DNA of 64,000 bases from Lysobacteraceae bacterium. Its GTDB lineage: Bacteria; Pseudomonadota; Gammaproteobacteria; Xanthomonadales; Xanthomonadaceae. The notes below the pieces were generated by a model. That model saw only the letters and a list, made by a program, of their open reading frames with translations. It was not told where the DNA came from and made no database searches. Position numbers and translations under genes: made by a program. Of the stretch, positions 49,406-59,369 are shown in pieces (the stretch's first letter is position 1; each line of letters opens with the position of its first letter). The stretch covers positions 8,252 through 72,251 of the forward strand of contig JBAYTD010000001.1 of NCBI GenBank assembly GCA_041675805.1, written 5' to 3'.

Positions 49406-50059
49406 TCAGCGCAGCGGACGGTTGGCGTCGGTGCGCCGCGACGGGCGGCCACGCGGGCGCGGCGCGGCTTCTTCCACCCACAGCACCGCGCCCTGGGTAC
49501 GGCCGTGGTCGGTGGCGAGGTCGTAATTGGTCTCCCGCGCCTGCAGGCGGGTCAGCTCGCGCGACACCACGCCCTCGGCGGCGCGGCGGGCGCGCTCGCA
49601 GTTGATCGCGGCGGGCAGGGCGGCGAGCTTGCGTTCGATGGCGGAGGCCGCATCCAGCACGTGCCGGCGATGGCCGTCCTCGTGCACCGCCAGCGCCGCC
49701 AGCATGCGCTGCATCTGCGCCCGCAGCGCCTCCGGCGGCGTCTGCTGCGGTACCCACTGCGGCAGCGTCTGCACTATGTGGACCTGCACCCGCAGTGTGT
49801 CCGGCCGGCACTGGCCGCTGGCGTCGGGATGGAGCTGGTACCGCGTTTCGATGTGGGCCTCGGTCAGGCCGTGGGCGCGCGCGCCGTCGGTGAGACGACG
49901 GCGCTCGATCAGTTGTTCGGCCAGTTCCGCCGCCGTCACCGCGTCCAGCGTGTAATGCCGCAGTTCCTCGCTGAGCACGACCTCGGCCATCGCCGGCAGC
50001 GCACACGGCGCGATGACGAGGAGCGCGAGCAGGCCGCAGCGCAGGCGGAAGCGCCGCAT
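49406..50059 (-). CDS. DUF922 domain Zn-dependent protease-like exported protein
   Basis: 217 aa from MRRFRLRCGLLALLVIAPCALPAMA. HEDGH (HExxH) motif in the typical DUF922 context (...LPQWVP...ALAVHEDGHRRH). Confidence 0.7.
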   Translation of the reverse strand: MRRFRLRCGLLALLVIAPCALPAMAEVVLSEELRHYTLDAVTAAELAEQLIERRRLTDGARAHGLTEAHIETRYQLHPDASGQCRPDTLRVQVHIVQTLPQWVPQQTPPEALRAQMQRMLAALAVHEDGHRRHVLDAASAIERKLAALPAAINCERARRAAEGVVSRELTRLQARETNYDLATDHGRTQGAVLWVEEAAPRPRGRPSRRTDANRPLR

Positions 50060-50067
50060 CGACCGGC

Positions 50068-51951
50068 TCAGGCGGCGCGCGAACCGCCCGCGCGCTTCAG
50101 ATGCACCAGCAGCAGGGAGATGGCGGCCGGGGTGATGCCGGCGATGCGCTGTGCCTGGCCGATGGTCTGCGGGCGCACGCTGGCCAGCTTCTGCCGCGCC
50201 TCGGTGGACAGCCCGGCGATGCCGGCGTAGTCGATGTCGTCGGGAATGCGGGCGGCTTCGTGGCGACGCTGGCGCGCGATGTCCTCGCCCTGGCGCTCCA
50301 GATAGCCGGCGTACTTGACGCCGATCTCGACCTGCTCGGCGACATCGGCGGACGCCTCGCCGGGGCCGATGCCGGGCACGGCGGCGAGCTCGGCATGGCC
50401 GATGCCGGGGCGCTTGAGCAGGTCCAGAGCGGTGGCGTCGCGCGAGATCGGCGTGTCCAGCACCGCCTGCGCCGCCTGCGCCAGTGCCTGGCCGGGGATC
50501 AGGCGCAGCGCGCGCAGGCGCTCGCGTTCGCGCTCGATGCCCTCGCAGCGGCGCGCGAACACCGTCCAGCGGTGCTCGTCGACGAGGCCCAGTTCGCGAC
50601 CCTTGGCCGTCAGCCGCAGGTCGGCGTTGTCCTCGCGCAGTTGCAGCCGGTATTCGGCGCGCGAGGTGAACATCCGGTACGGCTCGCTGACGCCGTTGAC
50701 GATCAGGTCGTCGATCAGCACGCCGATGTAGGCCTCCTCGCGGCCCGGCGTCCACGGGGCCAGCCCGCGCGCCTGGCGTGAGGCGTTGAGGCCGGCGATC
50801 AGGCCCTGCGCGGCGGCCTCCTCGTAGCCGGTGGTGCCGTTGATCTGGCCGGCGAAGTACAGGCCGCCGACCGCCTTGGTTTCCAGCGAACGCTTCAGCC
50901 CGCGCGGGTCGAAATAGTCGTACTCGATGGCGTAGCCGGGCCGGGTGATGCGGGCGTTCTCGAAGCCGCGGATGGAGCGCACCAGCGCCGCCTGTACGTC
51001 GAACGGCAGCGAGGTGGAAATGCCGTTGGGGTAGATTTCCACCGTGTCCAGGCCTTCCGGCTCGACGAAGATCTGGTGCGTGTCGCGCTCGGCGAAGCGC
51101 ACCACCTTGTCCTCGATGGACGGGCAATAGCGCGGGCCGACGCCCTCGATCTGCCCGCTGTACAGCGGCGAGCGGTGCAGCGCGGCGCGGATGATGTCGT
51201 GGGTCGCCGCGCTGGTGTGGGTGATCCAGCATTGCACCTGGCGCGGATGGTCGTCGCGGCTGCCGAGGAAGGAGAACAGCGGGCGCGGCTCGTCGCCGGC
51301 CTGCGGCTGCATGACGGAATAGTCCAGGCTGCCGCCGTCGAGGCGTGGCGGCGTGCCGGTCTTCAGCCGGCCGACGGCGAACGGACCCTCGCGCAGGCGC
51401 TGCGCCAGCGTGGTCGCCGGCGGCTCGCCGGCACGGCCGGCGGAATACTGCGCCGGGCCGACGTGGACGCGGCCGGCGAGGAAGGTGCCGGCGGTCAGCA
51501 CCACGCAGGGCGCATCGAAACGCAGGCCGAGCTGGGTCGAGACGCCGATCACGCGCTCGCCCTCGATCAGGATGTCCTCGACGGCGGACTGGAACACCGA
51601 CAGGCCAGGCTCGCCAAGCAGTGCGCGGCGCACGAAGCTGCGGTACAGGTCGCGATCCGCCTGGCAGCGCGTGGCGCGCACCGCCGGGCCCTTGCTGGCA
51701 TTGAGCCGCCGCCACTGGATGCCGGCGCGATCCGCCGCCCGCCCCATCAGCCCGCCCAGCGCATCGACCTCGCGCACCAGATGGCCCTTGCCGATGCCGC
51801 CGATGGCCGGGTTGCAGCTCATCGCGCCGAGCGTCTCGATGCTGTGGCTGAGCAAAAGCGTGCGCGCGCCGCTGCGCGCTGCGGCCAGCGCGGCCTCGGC
51901 ACCGGCGTGTCCGCCGCCGACCACGATCACGTCATAGCGATGTTCGTTCAC
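50068..51951 (-). CDS. mnmG: tRNA uridine 5-carboxymethylaminomethyl modification enzyme
   Basis: 627 aa from the GTG at 51951 (GAGGAAG 7 nt upstream). [40 protein letters not shown] and [16 protein letters not shown] are present. Confidence 0.92.
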   Translation of the reverse strand: MNEHRYDVIVVGGGHAGAEAALAAARSGARTLLLSHSIETLGAMSCNPAIGGIGKGHLVREVDALGGLMGRAADRAGIQWRRLNASKGPAVRATRCQADRDLYRSFVRRALLGEPGLSVFQSAVEDILIEGERVIGVSTQLGLRFDAPCVVLTAGTFLAGRVHVGPAQYSAGRAGEPPATTLAQRLREGPFAVGRLKTGTPPRLDGGSLDYSVMQPQAGDEPRPLFSFLGSRDDHPRQVQCWITHTSAATHDIIRAALHRSPLYSGQIEGVGPRYCPSIEDKVVRFAERDTHQIFVEPEGLDTVEIYPNGISTSLPFDVQAALVRSIRGFENARITRPGYAIEYDYFDPRGLKRSLETKAVGGLYFAGQINGTTGYEEAAAQGLIAGLNASRQARGLAPWTPGREEAYIGVLIDDLIVNGVSEPYRMFTSRAEYRLQLREDNADLRLTAKGRELGLVDEHRWTVFARRCEGIERERERLRALRLIPGQALAQAAQAVLDTPISRDATALDLLKRPGIGHAELAAVPGIGPGEASADVAEQVEIGVKYAGYLERQGEDIARQRRHEAARIPDDIDYAGIAGLSTEARQKLASVRPQTIGQAQRIAGITPAAISLLLVHLKRAGGSRAA

Positions 51952-52082
51952 GCGATGGCTTCCTCGTCGGGCCCGCGCGGAGCGCATGCGCTCCACGGCG
52001 GGCGGCGCAAAAGTCTAGAGCGTTTTCGCCGCCGATTGGCGGCTGCGGCCTGAAGGCGCGAGGCGTGCGGAGCGCTGCCCGC

Positions 52083-55000
52083 TCAGTTTTTCCGCGCCAG
52101 GTCGTCGTGCCGGCGCAGCCGCTGGTCGAGCATCGGGGCGATCCGGGCGACGGCGTCGCGCCCGGTCATCTGGCCGTGCAGGCAGGGCACGCTTTCCTGC
52201 TCCACGCCGGTGGCATGGGCCTGCCACATGCCGGCCTGAAGACGTGGTTTGTCGGTGTGGTCGAGGCCGGCGCGGATGTGCAGCAGGTCGCCGGCATAGC
52301 GCTGGTGACGATGTTGGCGGATCAGCCGGTTGGTCTGCGTCACCACGCGGATCACGCCCTCCAGCACCGCCGGCGGCAGGTTGCCCAGCGCGCTGTCGCT
52401 GCGCCGCAGGAAGTCGATGATGGCTTCGCGGCTGTCCAGTTCCGGGAGCTGTTCGGGATCGTGGCCGGCCACCGCCAGCAGGGCGCGCAGCGCCTGCGCC
52501 GGGGTCGGCTCGGACTCGTCGCGCCAGCACTCGCTGGGGTAGGCGTCGAGCAGGGCAACCAGGCCGACCCGCCGGCCCTGCGCCTGCAATTGCACGGCGA
52601 TGGCCTGGGCCAGGATGCCGCCGACCGACCAGCCGGCCAGGTGCAGGACGCCGTCCGGCCGCACTTCGACGATGCGCCGCGCGTACTCGGCGGCCAGCGC
52701 GTCGATGCCGCGCGGCAGCGGCTGTGCCGGTTCCAGCGCGGCGGCCTGCAGGCCGTACACGCTGCGCGCCGGGCTGAGACTGCGTGCCAGCGTGCGATAG
52801 CACCAGGCGATGCCGCCGGCCGGATGGATGACGAACAGCGGATCCAGCGCCGGATCGCCATCGTGCAGGCGCAGCAGCGGGGCGAGGCCGTCGTCGGCGG
52901 CCTGTTCCGCGTCGATCAGACGTGCCAGCGCGGCGACGCTGGGATGGGCGAACAGCGCGCCAAGGCCGGGATTGCGCTGCCAGCGCTGCTGGATGCGCAG
53001 CAGCAGTTCGACCGCCAGCAGGGAGTCGCCGCCGAGGCTGAAGAAATCGGCATCGGCACCGATCTCGCCCTCTACATCGAGCAGCTCGGCGAACAGTTCG
53101 GCGATGCCGTGCTCGCGTTCGCCGCGCAGGGGGACGGCGGCAGCGGCGACGAACTGCGGGGCCGGCAGCGCCTTGCGGTCGAGTTTGCCGTTGCCGGTCA
53201 GCGGCCAGTGGTCGAGGGCGACGAAGGCGGCCGGGACCATGTAGTCCGGCACGCGGGCGGCGACTTCGGCGCGCAGGGCCTGCAGGTCGCCCATGCCGCC
53301 CTGCCATTGCAGGTAGGCGACCAGGCGACGTTCGCCGCGACGGTCCTCGCGGACGATCACGCCGCAGTGCCGCACCCGGCCGCTGGCGACGATGGCGGCC
53401 TCGATCTCGCCCAGCTCGATGCGCAGGCCGCGCAGCTTCACCTGATGATCGCTGCGACCGAGGAACACCACCACGCCATCCTCGCGCCAGCGCGCCAGGT
53501 CGCCGGTGCGGTACAGCCGCTGGCCGGGCAGGAAGGGATCGTCGATGAAGCGTTCGGCGGTCAGCGCCGGCTGGCCGAGATAGCCGCGGGCGAGTTGCAC
53601 GCCGCCGAGGTAGAGATCGCCGACGACGCCCGGCGGCAGGGCGCGCATCCGCGCATCGAGCACGTACAGGCGGGTGTTCCAGACCGGATGGCCGATCGGC
53701 ACCGGCTGCGAGTCGTCGTCGGCCGAGGCCGGCCAGTAGCTGACATCGACGGCGGCTTCGGTGGGGCCGTACAGGTTGTGCAGTTCCGCCTGCACGGTGG
53801 CGTGGAAGCGGTCGCGCAGGTCGGCGGTCAGCTCCTCGCCGCTGCAGAACACGCGGCGCAGCGTCAGCCCGGCGCTGCCCGGGTCGGCGAGGAAGGCGGC
53901 CAGCATCGAGGGCACGAAATGCACGGTGCTGATGCGCTGGCGGCGGATCAGCGCGGCGATCGCCTGCGGATCGCGATGGGCCTGCGGCGGCGCGACGACC
54001 AGCGTGCCGCCGGCGAGGAAGGCGAGGAAGAACTCCCACACCGAGACGTCGAAGCTCATCGGCGTCTTCTGCAGGATGCGGTCGCCGGCGTCGAAGCCGT
54101 AGTGGCTGCGCATCCATTGCAGCCGGTTGACGATGGCGCGGTGTTCGACCAGCACGCCCTTGGGCTCGCCGGTGGAGCCGGAGGTGTAGATGACGTAGGC
54201 GGCATGATGCGGCTGCGGCGGGTTGCACAGCGCGGCGTCGCTGTCCGCCGGCCAGTCCTCGCAGGCCAGCAGGTCGCGGTTTCCCGGCAACAGGTCGCGC
54301 TGCGCGCGCTGGATCAGGATGCAGGCCGGATCGGCGGAATCGAGGATGCGCGCCAAGCGCTGCGGCGGATGGTCGAGGTCCAGCGGCAGGTAGGCCGCGC
54401 CGGCGCGAAGGATGGCGATCAGCGCGATCACCAGTTCCAGCGAGCGCGGCAGGGCGACGGCGACGATGGCTTCCGGGCCGATGCCGCGCGCCTGCAGCGT
54501 TGCCGCCAGCGCCCGGCTGCGTCGCTCCAGTTCGGCGTAGCTCAGCGATGTCTCGCCGAACACCAGCGCCTCGGCCTGCGGATCGCGTGCCAGCGCCGCT
54601 TCCAGCAGGGCGCTCAGGGTGACATCGGCAACGGGGTGGGCGGTGGCGTTGAGGTCGAACAGATGGCGCTGCGCCTCTGCGGCGGTGGCCAGCGGGATGT
54701 CGTCGATGCGTTCGGCGTCGAGCGCGGCGGCGAGGAAGGCGGCGAGGCGCTCGGCATGGGCGCTGACCGCTTCCGGCGCGTACAGCGTCGGGTTGGCCTC
54801 GATCTCCAGGTCGAGCCGGCCCACGCCGTCGCCGCGAAAACCCAGGGCCAGATCGTCGACCGGACCGGTGCCGAGAATCTCCAGCCGCGTCTGCACGCCG
54901 TCCAGCGTCAGCGGCCGGTAGTACGGCTGCACGTTGACCAGCGGGCCGTGCAGGCGACGCTGGCCGCCGAGCAGGCCGAGGTCGCGGCGCAGTTGCTCGC

Positions 55001-56000
55001 TGCGATAACGGCCGTGGCGGCGGGCGCGGGTCAGCTCGCGGGCGACCTGGTTGACGAACTCGTCCAGCGGGGCGTCGGCCGAGGCGGCGACGCGCAGCGG
55101 CAGCACGTTCATCACCATCGCCGGAACCCTGGCCGCAGCGCTGCCGAGCCGGCCCATGAACGGCGCGCCGACGATGAACTCCTCGCCGCCGCTCATCCGC
55201 TGGCAATACAGCGCGGTCAGCGCGCTCAGCCAGTCGGCCCAGGTGGCCGGGCCGCTGCCGGCGCGTTGCAACAGGCGCTGGCGCAGCGGGTCCGGCAGCG
55301 CCAGCGTGTGGCGCAGGCAGGCATGCGCGGCGACGGCGCGGCCGGGGGCGAGGCCGGCGGCTTCCGGCATCCCGGCGAGGTAATCGCGCCAATAACGGGC
55401 ATCGTCTTCGCGTCGTGCGCTGGCGCGGTAGGCGGCGTCCTCGTCGAGCACGCCGCGCAGCGGGGCGAAGCCGGGCGCGGCCTCGCGGCCCTGGCGCTGC
55501 GCGGCGTACAGCTCGGTCAGCCGCGCCGCCAGCAGTTCCATGCCGTAGCCGTCGGTGGCGAGGTGGTGCACGCGCAGGTACCAGACGTGGCGCTGATCGC
55601 CGAGACGGAACAGCGTCTGCGCGGCGAGCCGGTCGCGGACCGGGTCGACCGGGCGCAGCATGTCCTGTTGCATCGCCGCGCGGGCGAAGGCTTCGGCCTG
55701 CTCCGGCGTGCGGCCGGCGCTGGCATCGACCTGCTCCAGCAGCGGTCGTCGCGCCGGGTCGATCCACTGTCGCGGCCCCTCCGCGTCGAGGCGCATCGCC
55801 AGCGCCAGCGCCTCGCTTTCCGTCGCCAGGCGGTCGGCGGCGGTGCGGAAGGCGGCGCGGTCGAGCGGGCCGTCGATCCACAGCGCGTGGGCGGTGTTGA
55901 AGGCCGGGTTGTCCGGCTCCAGCCGCTGCGCGTACCAGAGGCCGAACTGGGCTTCGCCGAGCGGACGTACCGCAGGCACGTCACGGTTGCCGTCAGCCAT
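52083..56000 (-). CDS. entF: EntF-like nonribosomal peptide synthetase (C-A-T-TE)
   Basis: 1305 aa from the ATG at 56000. Condensation (HHLATDGYG), adenylation (YVIYTSGSTGEPKG, SFDVSVWEFF, NLYGPTEAAVDVS, YRTGDLARW, GRSDHQVKLRG), carrier (FFSLGGDSLLA) and thioesterase (GWSVGG) domains. Close collinearity with E. coli EntF as I remember it. Confidence 0.88.
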   Translation of the reverse strand: MADGNRDVPAVRPLGEAQFGLWYAQRLEPDNPAFNTAHALWIDGPLDRAAFRTAADRLATESEALALAMRLDAEGPRQWIDPARRPLLEQVDASAGRTPEQAEAFARAAMQQDMLRPVDPVRDRLAAQTLFRLGDQRHVWYLRVHHLATDGYGMELLAARLTELYAAQRQGREAAPGFAPLRGVLDEDAAYRASARREDDARYWRDYLAGMPEAAGLAPGRAVAAHACLRHTLALPDPLRQRLLQRAGSGPATWADWLSALTALYCQRMSGGEEFIVGAPFMGRLGSAAARVPAMVMNVLPLRVAASADAPLDEFVNQVARELTRARRHGRYRSEQLRRDLGLLGGQRRLHGPLVNVQPYYRPLTLDGVQTRLEILGTGPVDDLALGFRGDGVGRLDLEIEANPTLYAPEAVSAHAERLAAFLAAALDAERIDDIPLATAAEAQRHLFDLNATAHPVADVTLSALLEAALARDPQAEALVFGETSLSYAELERRSRALAATLQARGIGPEAIVAVALPRSLELVIALIAILRAGAAYLPLDLDHPPQRLARILDSADPACILIQRAQRDLLPGNRDLLACEDWPADSDAALCNPPQPHHAAYVIYTSGSTGEPKGVLVEHRAIVNRLQWMRSHYGFDAGDRILQKTPMSFDVSVWEFFLAFLAGGTLVVAPPQAHRDPQAIAALIRRQRISTVHFVPSMLAAFLADPGSAGLTLRRVFCSGEELTADLRDRFHATVQAELHNLYGPTEAAVDVSYWPASADDDSQPVPIGHPVWNTRLYVLDARMRALPPGVVGDLYLGGVQLARGYLGQPALTAERFIDDPFLPGQRLYRTGDLARWREDGVVVFLGRSDHQVKLRGLRIELGEIEAAIVASGRVRHCGVIVREDRRGERRLVAYLQWQGGMGDLQALRAEVAARVPDYMVPAAFVALDHWPLTGNGKLDRKALPAPQFVAAAAVPLRGEREHGIAELFAELLDVEGEIGADADFFSLGGDSLLAVELLLRIQQRWQRNPGLGALFAHPSVAALARLIDAEQAADDGLAPLLRLHDGDPALDPLFVIHPAGGIAWCYRTLARSLSPARSVYGLQAAALEPAQPLPRGIDALAAEYARRIVEVRPDGVLHLAGWSVGGILAQAIAVQLQAQGRRVGLVALLDAYPSECWRDESEPTPAQALRALLAVAGHDPEQLPELDSREAIIDFLRRSDSALGNLPPAVLEGVIRVVTQTNRLIRQHRHQRYAGDLLHIRAGLDHTDKPRLQAGMWQAHATGVEQESVPCLHGQMTGRDAVARIAPMLDQRLRRHDDLARKN

Positions 56001-56250
56001 GACCGGCCAGCGCGCCGGCGCGCTGCGCCACCCGCCACCAGCCGGCCAGAGTGACGTGTTCGGCGAGGTCGGCGAACTCCAGCGCCGCGCCGGCATCTTT
56101 CCACTTCATCACCAGGCCGAGCACGCGCATCGAATCCAGGCCGAGGTCCATCAGGTTGTCGTCGTCGCCGACATCCTGCGGCGACTCGCCGATCATCGCG
56201 GCGATGTCGGCGCGCATGCGTTCGAGGCTCAGGGCGGGCTGGTCGGTCAT
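55993..56250 (-). CDS. stand-alone aryl carrier protein (EntB C-terminal-domain-like, no isochorismatase domain)
   Basis: 85 aa. [23 protein letters not shown]...LAGWWRV parallels the EntB ArCP segment NLIDYGLDSVRMMAL...IDAWWKL. The gene overlaps both neighbours. Confidence 0.8.
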   Translation of the reverse strand: MTDQPALSLERMRADIAAMIGESPQDVGDDDNLMDLGLDSMRVLGLVMKWKDAGAALEFADLAEHVTLAGWWRVAQRAGALAGHG

Positions 56251-57896
56251 GGCTGGCTCCGGGAATCGGGGCGCGCGGATTGTGCCCGGAGGAAGTTCTC
56301 GCGCAGGCGGGCGCGCAGTTCGCGCCGGCTGATCTTGCCGACGGCGGTGGTGTCGAAGGCATCGACGAAGACGATCTGGTCGGGAATCTTGAACGCCGCC
56401 ACGGCACGGGTGCGCATCCAGGCCTTCAGCTCGACGCCGCGCAGGGCGGCATCACGGGCGATGACGAAGGCGCAACTGCGCTCGCCGAGGTAGTCGTCCG
56501 GGATCGACACCACGGCGACATCGAACACCGCCGGATGCGCGATCAGGTGGTCCTCGATTTCTTCGGCGGAGATTTTCTCGCCGGCGCGGTTGATGTGGTC
56601 GGTGGCGCGGCCCTGCACCACCAGATAGCCCTGCGCCGTGCGCAGCACGCGGTCGCCGGTGCGGTAGTAGCCGTCGCTGGTGAAGGCGCGGGCGTTGGCG
56701 ACCTCGTCGTTGTGGTAGGCGCGGATGGTGTAGGGGCCGCGGGTCAGCAGGTGGCCGGTTTCGCCATCGGCGACCGGCTGGTCGTGATCGTCGACCACCA
56801 GAACCTCGTCGTCGGCGCTGATCGGCCGGCCCTGGGTGTGGATGATGATGTCTTCCGGGTCGTCCAGGCGGGTGTAGTTGACCAGCCCCTCGGCCATGCC
56901 GAACACCTGTTGCAGACGGCAGCCAAGGCCGGCGATGACGCGCCGCGCCGCCTCGGGGATCAGCTTGGCACCGCCGACCTGGAGTGTGTCGAGGCTGGAC
57001 AGATCGTGTGCGGTGGTCTGTGCCGCCTGCGCCCAGAGCAGGGCCAGCGGCGGCACCAGACCGAGCATGCTGACCCGTTCGCGCTCGATCAGCGGAAAGG
57101 CGGCGTCCGGCCCCGGTGCCGGCGACAGCACCACGCGGGCACCGGCGTACAGTGCACCGAACACGCCGGGCGAACTCATCGGGAAGTTGTGCGCTACCGG
57201 CAGCGCGGCCATGTAGACGGTGTCGCCGTCGACGCCGCAGATTTCGTTGCTGGCGCGGAACGAATAGATGTAGTCGTCGTGGCTGCGCGGAATCAGCTTG
57301 GACAGCCCGGTGCTGCCGCCGGAAATTTGCAGGAAGGCGACCGCAGACGGCTCGGGATCGCTGCCCGGCAGCCGTGCCGGGTCGGCCTGGAAGTCGTCGA
57401 AGGCGATGAACTCCGCCGCCTCGCCGACCACGAACACATGCCGCAGCGCGGCTACCTCGGCCTGCGCCGCGCGGGCCAGTTCGCGGTAGTCGAAACCGTC
57501 GTGGCGGGCAGCGATCAGATAGCCGGAGGCCTCGGCCTTGCGGGCGAAATGGGCGATCTCGGTCAGCCGGTGCGCCGGCAGGGCGTAGACCGGGATCAGC
57601 CCGGCGCGGAACAGGCCGCAGACCGCCGACATGAACTCCGGGATGTTGCCCAGTTGCACGATCACGCGGTCGCCCGGTTTCAGCCCGGCGGCGAGGAAGC
57701 CGGCGGCGGCGATCTCGGCGCGTCGCCACAGTTCGGCATAGGTCCAGCGCTGCGTCCCGCCGACCACGGCGATGCGCCCGGCAAACTCGGCGGCGCGCTG
57801 GCGCAGGAAGCCGGGAAAGGTCTCGCCGCGCCAGTAGCCGGCCTGGCGATAGCGGCGGGCGAAGTCTTCCGGCCAGGTCTGTTGCAGGGCGATCAT
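56247..57896 (-). CDS. entE: aryl-acid (2,3-dihydroxybenzoate-type) AMP ligase
   Basis: 549 aa. [59 protein letters not shown] and YRTGD are collinear with E. coli EntE as I remember it. Confidence 0.88.
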   Translation of the reverse strand: MIALQQTWPEDFARRYRQAGYWRGETFPGFLRQRAAEFAGRIAVVGGTQRWTYAELWRRAEIAAAGFLAAGLKPGDRVIVQLGNIPEFMSAVCGLFRAGLIPVYALPAHRLTEIAHFARKAEASGYLIAARHDGFDYRELARAAQAEVAALRHVFVVGEAAEFIAFDDFQADPARLPGSDPEPSAVAFLQISGGSTGLSKLIPRSHDDYIYSFRASNEICGVDGDTVYMAALPVAHNFPMSSPGVFGALYAGARVVLSPAPGPDAAFPLIERERVSMLGLVPPLALLWAQAAQTTAHDLSSLDTLQVGGAKLIPEAARRVIAGLGCRLQQVFGMAEGLVNYTRLDDPEDIIIHTQGRPISADDEVLVVDDHDQPVADGETGHLLTRGPYTIRAYHNDEVANARAFTSDGYYRTGDRVLRTAQGYLVVQGRATDHINRAGEKISAEEIEDHLIAHPAVFDVAVVSIPDDYLGERSCAFVIARDAALRGVELKAWMRTRAVAAFKIPDQIVFVDAFDTTAVGKISRRELRARLRENFLRAQSARPDSRSQP

Positions 57897-59137
57897 CAGG
57901 AGGCTGCTCGCGGAGAGGGCGCGGCGTCGGCGCTGGCGACGGCGCTCGGGGTGACGGTCAGGAAGGCGGCGACGGCCAGCGCCGCCAGCACGCCGCCGAC
58001 CAGCAGATAGGGCGCGGCCGGCGACAGCGCATACAGGCTGGTGCCGATCAGCGGTCCGACCACCATGCCCAGCCCCTGCGCCGAGGCGACCGAGCCGGCC
58101 GCGGCACCTTGTTCGTGCGGCTGCACGGCATTGGCGGCCTTGGCCTGGAAAGCCGGGAACAGGAAGCCCATGCCGAACGCGCCGAGCGCATAGGCGGCCA
58201 GCAGCGGTGCCTGCGCATGGCACAGGGCGACGCTGGCGAAGCCGACTGCGGCGATGCCGGCACCGACCCGGATCCAGGCCAGCGGGGTCACCTGTTTGAG
58301 CCGCATCACCAGCATCTGCGCAACGATCAGCGCACAGCCGACGGCGGTCAGCGCCAGCCCGGCGGCGCGGGCACCGCTTTCCATGTCCAGTCCGAGCCGA
58401 TCAATGGCGAAGAAGCCGACCACGACCTGGGCGATGGACACCGACACCATCGCCGCGAAGGCGGCCAGCACCGGCAGCCGCAGGCGCGCATCCAGCGCCG
58501 TCACGGTGGCGCGTTGCGGGCGCTGGTCGGCCGCCTTGGGGGCGTCCGCCGGCAGCATGAAGACGATCACCAGTAGCGACAGCAGTGGCAGTGCGGCGGC
58601 GCTGTAAAGCGGCCACTCCAGCCCGTGCACCGCCAGCATGCCGGCGGCGGCCGGGCCGATCACCATGCCGATGGCATTGGCCGAGCCGAGCTTGGCCAAG
58701 GTACTGGTGCGCGTCTGCGGCGTGGTGTGGTCGGCGATGATGGCGGCGGCGGTGGGTGGGATGGCGGCGTAGAAGGCACCGATCAGGGCGCGCGCGCCGA
58801 CCAGCGCCAGCACCGACAGCCAGACCGCCGGCGGCGCGTCGAGGGCGAGGTCGATGAACACCGACATGGCGATGTAGACCACGGCGTAGGCGGACAGGCC
58901 GATCATCATCACCCGACGCCGGCCGATGCGGTCGCTGAGCACGCCCCAGCGACGCGCCAGCAGCATCCACAGGAAGCCGGCGGCGGTCACCGACAGTCCG
59001 GCGTGCCACTCCAGCAGGCCGAGCAGGCGCACGATCGGGCCGATCACGGCGACGAAGGCCATCATCGCCATCGTTCCGGACAGGGCGGCGAAAACCAGCG
59101 GGAACAGGCGCAGACCGGCGGGGGAAGAAGGCGTCAT
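57896..59137 (-). CDS. MFS transporter (probable siderophore exporter)
   Basis: 413 aa from the ATG at 59137. About 12 TM helices and MFS motif A ([13 protein letters not shown]). It is the first gene of the NRPS operon, and its stop overlaps the entE start (ATGA). Confidence 0.8.
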   Translation of the reverse strand: MTPSSPAGLRLFPLVFAALSGTMAMMAFVAVIGPIVRLLGLLEWHAGLSVTAAGFLWMLLARRWGVLSDRIGRRRVMMIGLSAYAVVYIAMSVFIDLALDAPPAVWLSVLALVGARALIGAFYAAIPPTAAAIIADHTTPQTRTSTLAKLGSANAIGMVIGPAAAGMLAVHGLEWPLYSAAALPLLSLLVIVFMLPADAPKAADQRPQRATVTALDARLRLPVLAAFAAMVSVSIAQVVVGFFAIDRLGLDMESGARAAGLALTAVGCALIVAQMLVMRLKQVTPLAWIRVGAGIAAVGFASVALCHAQAPLLAAYALGAFGMGFLFPAFQAKAANAVQPHEQGAAAGSVASAQGLGMVVGPLIGTSLYALSPAAPYLLVGGVLAALAVAAFLTVTPSAVASADAAPSPRAAS

Positions 59138-59290
59138 GAAGCTCGATGTGGCGGAAGGGAGGGGGCTGCGCGGCGACGCCGGCGAGCGCTCGACGGCCGC
59201 GCTCCGGCGCAGCATGCGTCGGGAGATTGGCAGCCGGAGATAATAACACTTCTCGTTTGCATCTTTGTCGACCCGGCCCCGTTTCAGGTT

Positions 59291-59312
59291 GAGAATGATT
59301 GTCATTGACAAT
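59291..59312. promoter_or_regulatory. Fur box in a divergent promoter region
   Basis: GAGAATGATTGTCATTGAC matches GATAATGATAATCATTATC at 14 of 19 positions. It overlaps a perfect 7-1-7 dyad ATTGTCA-t-TGACAAT (59298-59312). It sits between TTGAGA (-35, 59289) and TACAAT (-10, 59313) on the plus strand. Confidence 0.55.
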
Positions 59313-59369
59313 TACAATGCGTCCTCCGTGGCCGCCAGCCGGCCGTCTTTCGCCCGGTCCTTGCACGCC

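Noticed and set aside
43868-50230. 2120-aa ORF on the plus strand, the longest in the track.
   Set aside because: It runs antisense or out of frame across the well-supported SulP, lipoprotein, putA and DUF922 genes. Its translation is Arg/Ala/Gly/His/Gln-rich low complexity with no recognisable motifs. This is the typical stop-codon-poor artefact of GC-rich DNA.
52065-56054. 1329-aa plus-strand ORF opposite the NRPS gene. Similar cases are 25639-28623, 28720-30660, 32306-34399, 56280-58010 and 60485-62380.
   Set aside because: Each is antisense to a gene with unambiguous family motifs. All have low-complexity Ala/Gly/Arg/Val composition.
59240-59258. Second Fur-like site, GATAATAACACTTCTCGTT.
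   Set aside because: Only the first hexamer matches the GATAAT array well, which is too weak to annotate as a feature. It is mentioned only as a possible auxiliary site.
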